From Dehalococcoidia bacterium (lineage in GTDB: Bacteria > Chloroflexota > Dehalococcoidia > Bin125), in NCBI GenBank assembly GCA_963663235.2, contig CAXXNO010000006.1, positions 192,001-256,000 on the forward strand: a DNA stretch of 64,000 bases, read 5' to 3'. The notes beneath the pieces were generated by a model. The model worked only from the letters and a program-made list of their open reading frames with translations. It ran no database searches and was not told the origin of the DNA. A program made the position numbers and the translations under genes. This document shows positions 55,016 to 64,000 of this stretch, one piece after another (the first letter of the stretch is position 1; each line of letters opens with the position of its first letter).

Positions 55016-56329
55016 ATGACGGACACCCGGCGACTGCGCGTGGTTCTGGCGGGGATGGTGCTGCTCCTGGCGGGGGCCGGGTTCGCGCTGGGGCTCGGCG
55101 TCAAGGGGCTAATCGACGGCGACGAGGACGGCAGGGCGGTTCGCGCCCTGCGCAGCGACGGCCGAGGGGCGGTCGTGGTCGCGGCGGACAGCGGGGGCGC
55201 CGAGCGGGGCTCGCGCTTCGGTCTGCTGGACGAGGTGTACGACATCCTCAATCGCGACTTCGTGGAGCCCGAGCGGGTCAACGTCACGGATCTGCGGCGC
55301 GCCGCCATCGACGGCGCGGTCGCTTCGCTGAACGACCCCCACTCCGTGTACATCGATGCGGAGACGTTCCGGCTGAGCAGCGAGGACATCAGCGGGGCGT
55401 TCGAGGGGATCGGCGCGACCGTCGACCAACAGGCGGACGAGATCTTCATCACCGGCACCTTCCGCGACTCGCCGGCGGAGCAGGCGGGGATCCGCGCGGG
55501 CGATGTGATCCTGGCGGTCGACGGCGAATCGACGGAGGGCTGGACGGTGCAGACAGCGGTGGCGCGCATCCGCGGCCCCGAGGGCACGATTGTCGAGTTG
55601 CTCGTCCGTCACCGCACCGACCAAGAGGAGACGATCCCGGTCACGCGAGGCCGCATCATCATCCCGAGCGTGCAGGCGATCGAGATCCAGGATCGGGCCG
55701 GGCAGCCGGTGACGGACCTGGGGTACGTGGCGATCTTCCAGTTCACCGAGAACACGCGAGGCGAACTGGTGCCGATCCTGGAGGGGATCCAGGCCGCGGG
55801 GTTCACGGGCCTGATCGTCGACCTGCGGGGCAACGGGGGCGGCCTGCTGACCGCCACCGTGGTGACAACGGGTGAGTTCCTGGACGGCGGGCTGGTGCTC
55901 ACGCAGGTCGAGCGAGACGGCAGCGAGGAGGCCTACAGCGACACGGCCGGCGGGGCGGCCCTGGGCATCCCGATGGTGGTGCTGGTGGACGGCGGATCCG
56001 CCTCCGGCTCGGAAGTCATGGCGGCGGCGCTGCGCGATCACGGCCGGGCCGTGGTGATCGGGGAGCAGACGCTGGGCAAGGGCACGGTCAGCATCCCACG
56101 CCAGCTCTCCGACGGCAGCGTGCTGTACGTCAGCACGGCGCGCTGGCTTTCGCCCAACGGCGACCTGATCGAGGGAGTGGGACTCATCCCCGACTTCATC
56201 ATCACCCCGAGTGACGAGGACTTTGAGGCGCGCCGCGACGTGCAACTGTTCGCGGCGATCGAGTTCCTGCGCACGGGGACGATCGACTCAAGCTTGACCA
56301 CGCCAGCGGAGGGCGGCGCGGGAGCCTAA
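55016..56329 (+). CDS. carboxyl-terminal processing protease S41 (CtpA-like)
   Basis: DPHS, PDZ GIG, DLRGNGGG, SASGSE, GKG. Confidence 0.93.
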   Translation: MTDTRRLRVVLAGMVLLLAGAGFALGLGVKGLIDGDEDGRAVRALRSDGRGAVVVAADSGGAERGSRFGLLDEVYDILNRDFVEPERVNVTDLRRAAIDGAVASLNDPHSVYIDAETFRLSSEDISGAFEGIGATVDQQADEIFITGTFRDSPAEQAGIRAGDVILAVDGESTEGWTVQTAVARIRGPEGTIVELLVRHRTDQEETIPVTRGRIIIPSVQAIEIQDRAGQPVTDLGYVAIFQFTENTRGELVPILEGIQAAGFTGLIVDLRGNGGGLLTATVVTTGEFLDGGLVLTQVERDGSEEAYSDTAGGAALGIPMVVLVDGGSASGSEVMAAALRDHGRAVVIGEQTLGKGTVSIPRQLSDGSVLYVSTARWLSPNGDLIEGVGLIPDFIITPSDEDFEARRDVQLFAAIEFLRTGTIDSSLTTPAEGGAGA

Positions 56330-56374
56330 TCGCCGGACGCCGGTCGCGTCGACACGCTGGGCTAGACTGACGGC

Positions 56375-56887
56375 GTGAGCAAACGGGCGCGCAAGCGGAC
56401 GGCGAAAAAGGGCCCGGCCCCGCGCACAGACGGCGCGGAGGCGAACTTCCAGACGATCGCCCGCAACCGCCGCGCCAGTTACGACTACGACATCAGCGAG
56501 CGCTACGAAGCGGGCCTGGCCCTTGAGGGCAGCGAGATCAAGTCGATCCGGCAGGGCAAGGCGAGCATCGCCGAGGCTTACGTGCGGCCGCGTCAGAGGG
56601 AGCTGTGGCTGGTCGGCGCGACCATCGCGCGTTACGACGCGGCCAGTCGCTTCGGCCACGAGCCTACGCGGGATCGCAAGCTGCTGCTGCATCGTCGCGA
56701 AGTGCGCGAGATCGAAGAGGCGTTCGAGCGGAGCGGGCTCACGGTGATCCCGATCCACCTCTACATCAAGCGGGGGCTGGCCAAGTTGGAGATCGGGGTG
56801 GGCCGGGGGCGGAGCAAGGGCGACAAGCGGCAGACGATGGCGAAGCGCGAAGCGGAGCGCCAGATGCGGGCGGCGGTGCGCCGGTAG
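56375..56887 (+). CDS. smpB: SsrA-binding protein
   Basis: NRRASYDY...EAGLALEGSEIKSIR, RKLLLH, DKR. Confidence 0.97.
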   Translation: MSKRARKRTAKKGPAPRTDGAEANFQTIARNRRASYDYDISERYEAGLALEGSEIKSIRQGKASIAEAYVRPRQRELWLVGATIARYDAASRFGHEPTRDRKLLLHRREVREIEEAFERSGLTVIPIHLYIKRGLAKLEIGVGRGRSKGDKRQTMAKREAERQMRAAVRR

Positions 56888-56911
56888 CGGCGGTATACTC
56901 GAAGGTGAAAG

Positions 56912-57265
56912 GGGGACGAAAGGGCTCGACAGCGATTCGTTGACCGGTTTTGCGCGCCGAGGCGCCGCACCCTCGTAAAACAGCGGCAAACCTTTAACTG
57001 GCGAAAAAGAACTCGCCCTCGCTGCCTAACTAAGGCATCGACGTCCCCCGCCGTCTCAGCCGGACGGATGGTGGAGGGGCGACACTCAGTCCGGCTGCTC
57101 GACTCCTGAGGTCGGGAAGGGGTCGCTAAGCCAACTCCGACTGGTCCCCGAGCCAGCCCGCCGGGAGGCGGACCCGGGGACGAGAACAAAACCCGGCTAC
57201 GCGCGTAGCAGAGGCCGGCGGTCGATCGACTGGACGGGGAGTTCAATTCTCCCCCGTCTCCACCA
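56912..57265 (+). ncRNA. ssrA: tmRNA; tag peptide (A)GEKELALAA at 57000-57029
   Basis: GGGGACG/CGTCTCC-ACCA acceptor stem with G3:U, GTTCAATT T-loop, adjacent to smpB, TATACT -10 at 56894. Confidence 0.96.
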
Positions 57266-57270
57266 ACTCC

Positions 57271-57311
57271 AACAGCGACGGCCGAGTCCGTGGGGCTCGG
57301 CCGTTGTTATT
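57271..57311 (+). terminator. intrinsic terminator after ssrA
   Basis: ACGGCCGAGTCC/GGGCTCGGCCGT stem followed by TGTTATT. Confidence 0.75.
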
Positions 57312-57577
57312 GGTGGTGTGACAGCGACGCTCCCGGGGAGGCCGATGGGGGGCGTGGGGCCGGCACGGACAAGCGCAGGAAGGGAGGCCTATGCACGGCG
57401 CGGTGCGCAGCGCCCCGCCGCCACCCGTCGTCCAAGCGCCGGCCGTGGCTGCTCTGGCCACAATGCGCGCACCACGATCCGTGGGCGGCCGCGTCACGAT
57501 CACCGCGAGGAAAAAAGATGCGATAGTGCGATGCGATAGTGCGGTACGTCCTCATGGACGGATATTGGAGGGTGATC

Positions 57578-58618
57578 ATGTTGCGCGTCCGGTTTTCCCC
57601 TGCCCGCCGATCGTGGCCGTTGGCAGCATTACTACTCGCCGCAGCGGCCGGCATGCTGATCAGCGGTCCGCCGGTGGCTGCCTCCGGGGGCGTCGTCGTA
57701 ACGCCTGCGCCGGGCGGAGGAGCGATCTCGGCTGATGGGACCGGCGGAGCGGGCGTCGGCTTCATACCTGGACACGGAGAGCACGACGGGCCGGGGCCGG
57801 ACGACGGGGACGAGATGGAGCCGGCGGACGAAGGCACGTTCGATCCGGCCACGGGGACGAACACGGTGGACCCGACCACCGGCCACGCGACCATCAACCT
57901 GGACACGGAGAGCACGACGCATAACGGGACGACCGTCGTCAACGTGACGGATGGGACCGGCACCACCGTCGTGGCCGACGTGGCGGACCTGCCGGCGGGC
58001 ACCACCGACATCACGGTGAGCGTGGCGGACCCCTCCGACCAGGCCGTGGCGGACGCCCTGGCGGCTGCGGGGCTACCGGCGGGCACGATGGCGTTCGGCG
58101 TGGAGATCGATATCTCGGACCAGAACGGGACCAATATCGGCGGCACGACGCCGGTGACGGTGCAGTTCGAGTTGCCGGCCGGATTCGATCCGGCCACCAG
58201 CGCGGTGGTCTGGGACGGGGAGATCATCCCGGTGACCGTGGTGTCGCTGGGCCCGCCGGTGGTGGTGCAGGCGTCGTTGCCGCACCTGACGATCGTGTTG
58301 TTCGTCGAGATCGTCGAGGAGGAAGTGGAAGAGGAGCCGATGGACGAGGTGGACGAGGTGGTAGAAGAGGAGCCGCCGGCCCCGGCCCCGGAGGTCCTCA
58401 GCCTCAATGCCGGCGGCCAGTTCCTCTTCTGGGCGTTCGGGGCGGCGCAGGCGGCGGATGTCTTCGGCACGGTCAAGATCGCCTGGCTGTTCGACTCGAC
58501 TACGATCAACTGGACCTCGTTCATTCCCGTGCTCGGCATCACCAACTTCGCCCTCAGCGAGGGCGCCGTGCTGTGGATCGTCACGGACGCGGCGCTGGAG
58601 ATCGTTCTGCCTGCCTAG
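57578..58618 (+). CDS. secreted acidic Thr/Val-rich surface protein
   Basis: GGAGG RBS, signal peptide, Glu-rich linker, aromatic C-terminal domain. Confidence 0.8.
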   Translation: MLRVRFSPARRSWPLAALLLAAAAGMLISGPPVAASGGVVVTPAPGGGAISADGTGGAGVGFIPGHGEHDGPGPDDGDEMEPADEGTFDPATGTNTVDPTTGHATINLDTESTTHNGTTVVNVTDGTGTTVVADVADLPAGTTDITVSVADPSDQAVADALAAAGLPAGTMAFGVEIDISDQNGTNIGGTTPVTVQFELPAGFDPATSAVVWDGEIIPVTVVSLGPPVVVQASLPHLTIVLFVEIVEEEVEEEPMDEVDEVVEEEPPAPAPEVLSLNAGGQFLFWAFGAAQAADVFGTVKIAWLFDSTTINWTSFIPVLGITNFALSEGAVLWIVTDAALEIVLPA

Positions 58619-58810
58619 CGGAGATCGAAGTCCCGCGCGGGCTGGCGCTCGCTGATCGCGCTGCGACAGCCGGATCGAAGACTCGCCAGTCCTGGCCGCT
58701 TGCAGAGTGCTTAGGGATTCTCCGCGAGGGGCCCCCTCCCACTATGCAGGGCCACCAGTTCCGGGACTGCCTCGCGCCGTTACCTCTCTGTGCGACGGTC
58801 GAATTTACGG

Positions 58811-60264
58811 CTACTCCGGCCGGAGCGGCGCGACCGGGCCGCCGATGGGGGGCGTGGGGCCGGCGGCGGGGAGGTAGCGGCCGTAGCCGGGGTCTTGCTC
58901 CAGGCGGCCGTCGTTGAGGAGGACTTGGCCGCGGAGCAGGGTCATCCAAGGGCGGCCAATTTGCGCCCAGCCCTCGTAGGGGGTGTAGCCGGCGAGGCCG
59001 TGGTGCCGTTCGGCGGTGATCGTGCCCTGGTGGTCGGGGTCGATGATGGTCAGGTCCGCGTCCGATCCCGGGCGGATGGTCCCCTTGCGCGGATAGAGGC
59101 CGAAGATCCGCGCCGGGTTCTCCGCGATCGCGCGCGCGAGCCAGGTGATGGGCAGTCCGCGCTTGGCAACGCCCTCGCTGTAGGCGAGCGGCAGCAGCGT
59201 CTCCGTTGAGGGCGAGCCGAAGGGGATGGGGGCGCCGTCCGGCCCGAGGAGATGTTCTTCCAGCCGGGCTCTTTTCGCTCTTTGGATTTCGGGGAGTGGT
59301 CGCTGGCGACGATCGAGATGGCGCCCTGCGCCAGGCCGTCCCACATCGCCTGCTGGTTGAGGCCGTCGGCCGGGCGCAGAGGCGGCCCGATCTTGGCGAA
59401 GGGCCCCAGTCGCTCCATCTCGGACTCGTCGAGGAGGAGGTACTGGGGGCAAGTCTCGGTCCAAACCGCCTGGCCTTTCGCCTGCGCCTGCCGGATGCGC
59501 TCGATCCCCTCCAGCGTGCTGAGGTGGACCACGTAGGTGGGGCAATCGGTCATGGCGCCCATGAGGATGGCGCGATTGACGGCCTCGGCCTCGGTCCAGG
59601 GCGGGCAGGTGGCGGGGAAGTCGCGCGGGTGGACGCGGCCTTCCGCCACCGCCTTGTCCTGCAAGTAGTCGAGGACATCGCCGCTCTCGCAGTGGAGCTG
59701 CATCAGGCCGCCCGCGCGGGCGACCACCGCCATGGCCCGGATGATCATGGCGTCGGGCGACATGTTGGGGCCCTTCTTGTAGGTCATGAACATCTTGTAG
59801 GAGGTGACGCCCATGCGGATGGCCTCCGGCAGCGAGTCCAAGACGTAGGGCGTGTTGACGATCATCCCGTGCAGTGCGGCATCGAGCACCAACTCGCCGC
59901 GCAACTCGTCCTGCGCGCGGCGAATGGCATCGGGGAAGGTCTCCTGCTCGGCGGCGGCGTAGCTGATGAAAGGGATGATGGTGGTCAGCCCCGCGTAGGC
60001 GGCGGCCGTGCCCAGGGTGCGCCAGTCCTCCATGTATTCGCGGGCGAGCGGGTACTGCATCTTGCCGTGGATGTGGCAGTCGATCGCGCCGGGGAGGACG
60101 TACTTCCCTGTCGCATCGATGTAGCGGCCGGCTTTGGGCAGCGTGTCGGGATCGCCGAGCGCTACGATGCGCTCGCCCTGAATGGCTACGGCGGTGTCGA
60201 CGGCGTCGGTGGCCGTGACGACCGTACCGCCGTGGACGATGGTGTCGACCGTGGACTTCGCCAG
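58811..60264 (-). pseudogene. dihydropyrimidinase/allantoinase-family amidohydrolase with a frameshift near 59250
   Basis: DCHIH, SYKMF, LHCE, VHLS, ASDH in one frame; PFGSPSTE...NPARIFGL..KG.I.PGSDAD in another. Confidence 0.85.
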
Positions 60265-60291
60265 CGGAGCCCTCCGTCTCGCTCTGGCAGA

Positions 60292-61890
60292 TTACGTCGT
60301 GGCGTGTCCCCGGCGGAGCGCCCTGCCGGGGAGCGCCCCCGTGTTCGTCCCGTTCTCGATGACGACGCGGCCGTTGACGATGACGTAGTCGATGCCCAGC
60401 GGGTACTGCTTGGGATCCTCCTTAGTGGCGGGCGCCTTCACCGTCTGCGGGTCAAAGATCACGATGTCGGCGCGGAAGCCGTCGCGGAGGAGGCCGCGGT
60501 CGGGGAGGCCCAGGCGCTGGGCGGGGAAGGAGGTCATCTTGCGGATGGCCTCGGGCAAGCGGAGCCGCCGCTCGGCGCGGACGAACTCGGCCAGCACGAC
60601 GGGGAAGCAGCCGTAAGTGCGGGGGCTGGGGAACTCGCCGAGGAGGATGGCGTCGCTGGCGATCATCCCGGCGGGGTGGGAGACGAACTCGGCCAGCGTC
60701 GCTTGATTGGTCCCCAAGCCCACGTAGGAGATGCCGAGGTTCTCATCGACGAGGAGGTCGAGAAACACGTCGATGGGGTCCTGATCGCGCAGCTCAGCGA
60801 TCTCCTGGATCGAGTGGCCGTCGTACTTGAGGTTCTCCGGCTTCTGGAAGTTCGTGAGCCAGGCGTTGCCCCAAGTGACGCCCATGCCGGTGCGATCCCC
60901 CTCGCCCAGCATCTCCGCCTTGATGCGGGCGCGGTCGCCTGGGTCCTGGAGCACGGCCATCAACCGCTCGGGCCCGCCGTCCTTGGTCCAATCCGGCAGC
61001 ATGATGGTGGGCGTGGTGCCGGAATAGGGATAGGTGTAGCAATCGAAGGTGACGTCCATGCCGGCGTCGCGGGCGTCCTCGACCAAGCCCAGGTAGTCGA
61101 GGTGGCTGCCGTCGCCCTGGTAGCGCTGCCGGTAGTGGGTCAGGTGGACCGCGCTCTCGCCGCGACGGCCGATCTCCAGGGCCTCCTCCCACGGGGCCAG
61201 CCGCCCCTTGGTGCGGAGACCGGCGCGGGTGTGCGTGTGGTAGAAGCCGCCGTAGCGGGCCGAGACCTCTGCTAGGGCGACCAGCTCGTCGGTGTCGGCG
61301 TAAGCGCCGGGCGGGTAGTCGAGACCGGACGAGAGGCCCCATGCGCCCTCCTGCATCGCCTCCGCGGTGACGGCTTTCATCTCCTGCAGCTCGCGCTTGC
61401 CGGCGGGGCGGTCGTTCCAGCCCACGGCCCAGATGCGCACCGGGGAGTTGCCCAAGATGAAGGCGATGTTGATGGCGACGCGGTTGTCGTAGCGCGAGAG
61501 CATGTCGGCGACCGTGAGCCAGTCGGCCGGCTGAGGCGGGTAGCCGTTGAGGCCGGCGTCGAGCCAGATGTAGCGCTGGAGCTCCTCCGCCGACTTGAAG
61601 GGCGCGTGCGAGATGCCGTCGATGCCGATCAGCTCCGTGGTAACGCCCTGGCGCACCTTGGGGTCGTGGTGGGGCTGGCCGAAGATCGTCAGTCCCGCGT
61701 GCGAGTGCAGGTCGATGAAGCCGGGGCAGACGACGGAGCCGGTGGCGTCGATCTCACGCGCGGCGGTGAGGTGAGAGACATCGCCGCGGTGGAGGCTCAG
61801 CGTTTCATTGTCGACGAGCACAGCGGCGTGGAAGCCGGGGCTGCCGCTGCCGTCGATCACGAGGCCGTTCTTGATGAGCAGCTCGGGCAT
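60292..61890 (-). CDS. N-acyl-D-amino-acid deacylase
   Basis: PGFIDLHSH, QGVTT, GLDYPPG, ASD, PRTYG. Confidence 0.92.
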   Translation of the reverse strand: MPELLIKNGLVIDGSGSPGFHAAVLVDNETLSLHRGDVSHLTAAREIDATGSVVCPGFIDLHSHAGLTIFGQPHHDPKVRQGVTTELIGIDGISHAPFKSAEELQRYIWLDAGLNGYPPQPADWLTVADMLSRYDNRVAINIAFILGNSPVRIWAVGWNDRPAGKRELQEMKAVTAEAMQEGAWGLSSGLDYPPGAYADTDELVALAEVSARYGGFYHTHTRAGLRTKGRLAPWEEALEIGRRGESAVHLTHYRQRYQGDGSHLDYLGLVEDARDAGMDVTFDCYTYPYSGTTPTIMLPDWTKDGGPERLMAVLQDPGDRARIKAEMLGEGDRTGMGVTWGNAWLTNFQKPENLKYDGHSIQEIAELRDQDPIDVFLDLLVDENLGISYVGLGTNQATLAEFVSHPAGMIASDAILLGEFPSPRTYGCFPVVLAEFVRAERRLRLPEAIRKMTSFPAQRLGLPDRGLLRDGFRADIVIFDPQTVKAPATKEDPKQYPLGIDYVIVNGRVVIENGTNTGALPGRALRRGHATT

Positions 61891-62163
61891 GGTGCGCCTC
61901 CGAAGGTCAGACAGCAGCCGGCGCGGAGTCTAACACGGGGCGGCGGCGAGGAGGCAGCGGACCGACAGGTCGCGATTCACTGCTCTTCGCAACACCCGGT
62001 TCGATCAGCGCTGATACAGATGACGGCTAAGGATCATTGCGCCCTTTTGCGGCGCCCTGTTAGCGTCCGGCGTGGTCGCAAGGGAGACTCCAACACCGGG
62101 GAGCGGTGCTCCCGACGCCGCCGCGGGCCGCCGCGGATGGCACGGAGCGCACTGGGAAGTCCT

Positions 62164-63441
62164 ATGCCACGCGTTTGGCGACGCCTTCGACGCATCCGCC
62201 GCAGCAACTTCGTTGTCACGACATTGCTGATCACGGCGCTGGTCCTCATGGTCGTCGTGAACTTCGACAGCGAGGCGGAGGTCTTCGAACCGCCCGAGGC
62301 CGTGTCGCGATCGCCGGAGACCCCGATGGTGATCCCCGCTGGGGAGCCGATCGTGCTCGGGTTCTCCGGACCCCTCACCGGCCCGGCGGCGAGGCTCACT
62401 GGTATCCTGGCCAATGCGGCCATCGCCGGTGCGCTGCGCTGGAAGGAGCTGAATGGTGACCTCATCCACGGCCACCGCGTCGATCTCGTAGGCGAGGATG
62501 ACGGCGGGACCGAAGAGGACGTGGCCGTCGTGGCGGCCAACCTGCTCCTCGCGCGCCCGCGCCTGGTCGGCATTGTCGGCCCCATCTTCAGCGCCACCGT
62601 GGTGGCCACGATCGACATCTACGCCGATGCGGGCGTCATCATAATCTCCGGGTCTGCCTCGCGTACCGATCTCACTCTCACCCAGTCCGAGCCGGGCTTC
62701 TTTTTCCGCACCGCGTTCACCAACGCGCTGGAGGCCCCCCGGCAAGCCGAGATCCTCATCGAGCGGCTCGGGACGGGAACGGCGTTCATCATCGACGACC
62801 GCGAGGCGTACGGCATCGACCTCGCCCAAAGCGCCGTCGCGCCCCTCCGCGCCGCCGGTTGGGAGATCGTTCGCGAGAGCGTCCCGCAGGGCACCGTGGA
62901 CTTCAGCGAGACCATTGCACGGATTGGCTCCGCCGGCGCCGACGCGGTCATCTACGAAGGCTTCAACCCGGATGGGGCCCTGCTCCTGGGACAGCTTCGC
63001 GACAGCGGCTATACGGGAACGTTCGTTGGCGGGGACGGGGTCGTCTCCCAAGTCGGCTTCCTAGACGTGCTCGGCGATCGCGCCGAAGGCGCAATCCTCA
63101 CCGGCTGTCCCGACACGCTCAGCGGCGACTTCTTGCGTGTTTGGCAGGCGGGCGGGGGTGATACCGTACCGCCCATTATTCCCTTCCTCGGCAGCACCGC
63201 CGACGCGGCCTTCCTCCTCATCGACGCCGTCGCCCGCGTGGCTGAGCCGCAGCCGGATGGTTCCCTCCTTATCCATCCCCTGAAACTCCGCGACGCGATC
63301 GCCGCGACACAAACCGTCGGCTGGGCATCCGGGCGCGCGATCGCATTCGACCAGCAGGGTGATCGCCTCGGCAGCGGCGCTGATACCGGGTTGGTGGCGT
63401 GCGAAGTCCGCGACGGCGCCTTCGTGGAGATCGCGTCGTGA
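62164..63441 (+). CDS. branched-chain amino acid ABC substrate-binding protein (LivK-like)
   Basis: GPLTGP, EDDG, VGP..S, FFRT, YG..LA; N-terminal TM; start approximate. Confidence 0.88.
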   Translation: MPRVWRRLRRIRRSNFVVTTLLITALVLMVVVNFDSEAEVFEPPEAVSRSPETPMVIPAGEPIVLGFSGPLTGPAARLTGILANAAIAGALRWKELNGDLIHGHRVDLVGEDDGGTEEDVAVVAANLLLARPRLVGIVGPIFSATVVATIDIYADAGVIIISGSASRTDLTLTQSEPGFFFRTAFTNALEAPRQAEILIERLGTGTAFIIDDREAYGIDLAQSAVAPLRAAGWEIVRESVPQGTVDFSETIARIGSAGADAVIYEGFNPDGALLLGQLRDSGYTGTFVGGDGVVSQVGFLDVLGDRAEGAILTGCPDTLSGDFLRVWQAGGGDTVPPIIPFLGSTADAAFLLIDAVARVAEPQPDGSLLIHPLKLRDAIAATQTVGWASGRAIAFDQQGDRLGSGADTGLVACEVRDGAFVEIAS

Positions 63442-64000
63442 CCAACGCACCAGGAAAGAACGAAGTTCCTCTGGCCGCGTCGTCGATCACCGGACGCGTG
63501 GCGCTGTGGTCCATCCGGCATCGCCGCCGCGTGGTGCTGGCCTGGCTCGTCCTCATCATCGCCGGGCTCGGCGCGTGTTTCATGGTGCCCGCCGACACCG
63601 ACATCGACGAAGAGGGCACAGGCGAATCGCAGGAGGCCGCGTCGCTCTTCGAGGAGCGGTTCGGGGCGGACGAAGAACCGTTGACGGAGTTCCTCGTCGT
63701 CTCGCACGACTCTCTGAGCGTGAACAGCCGGGTGTTCCGTAGCCTCGTCAACGGCGTCGTCGCGGATCTGCGCGCCCTGCGCACACGCGACACCTTCGAG
63801 GTACTTGGGACCAACGTCGAAGGCAGCCTGCGCTTCGTGGCGGACACCACCACGCACTACGACACGGGCCTGCCGCGCACGGCGTCTCCGTTCGTCACCC
63901 GCAACGAAACCGGCGGCGACATCACGTTTGTCTTGATCGAGCTGGAGCCCGAGTTCGACGATGCGATCGATGGGGTGGGCATCTTCACGGATGTGATCGA
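63438..64000 (+). CDS. MMPL/RND family transporter, runs off window end
   Basis: Manual translation from GTG 63438: ITGRVALWSIRHRRRVVLAWLVLII...GESQEAASLFEERFG. Confidence 0.75.
   Translation, partial: MTNAPGKNEVPLAASSITGRVALWSIRHRRRVVLAWLVLIIAGLGACFMVPADTDIDEEGTGESQEAASLFEERFGADEEPLTEFLVVSHDSLSVNSRVFRSLVNGVVADLRALRTRDTFEVLGTNVEGSLRFVADTTTHYDTGLPRTASPFVTRNETGGDITFVLIELEPEFDDAIDGVGIFTDVI

Noticed and set aside
57266-58800. Genomic island integrated at ssrA
   Set aside because: No integrase, no duplicated ssrA 3' end seen, and no evident compositional shift.

Overview
High-GC bacterial chromosome segment, most consistent with Chloroflexota class Dehalococcoidia (SAR202/Tepidiformales-like). 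This is inferred from the tmRNA tag GEKELALAA, orphan Tat-exported family-5 solute-binding proteins, and duplicated LLM, SDR and acyl-CoA dehydrogenase genes. About 65 mostly metabolic CDSs are present, plus smpB-ssrA. I see no integrase, transposase, CRISPR array, rRNA or tRNA. Highlights: (1) a rhodanese/SseA sulfurtransferase whose catalytic Cys codon is an in-frame UGA followed by a SECIS-like hairpin, a probable selenoprotein that the ORF track truncates; (2) a compact cluster of an AUR1/PAP2-like gene, a serine palmitoyltransferase-like gene, a reductase and a HAD phosphatase, suggesting sphingolipid or phosphoceramide synthesis; (3) a DAHP-synthase homologue that has lost most catalytic residues; (4) several tiny zinc-finger proteins, including two CxHHW paralogues and a canonical C2H2 finger; (5) a stand-alone ALDH1L1-type formyl-THF hydrolase domain; (6) several intergenic tandem repeats, a candidate sRNA, and a frameshifted hydantoinase with a CTG start. 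All family assignments come from motif recognition by eye, not database searches.
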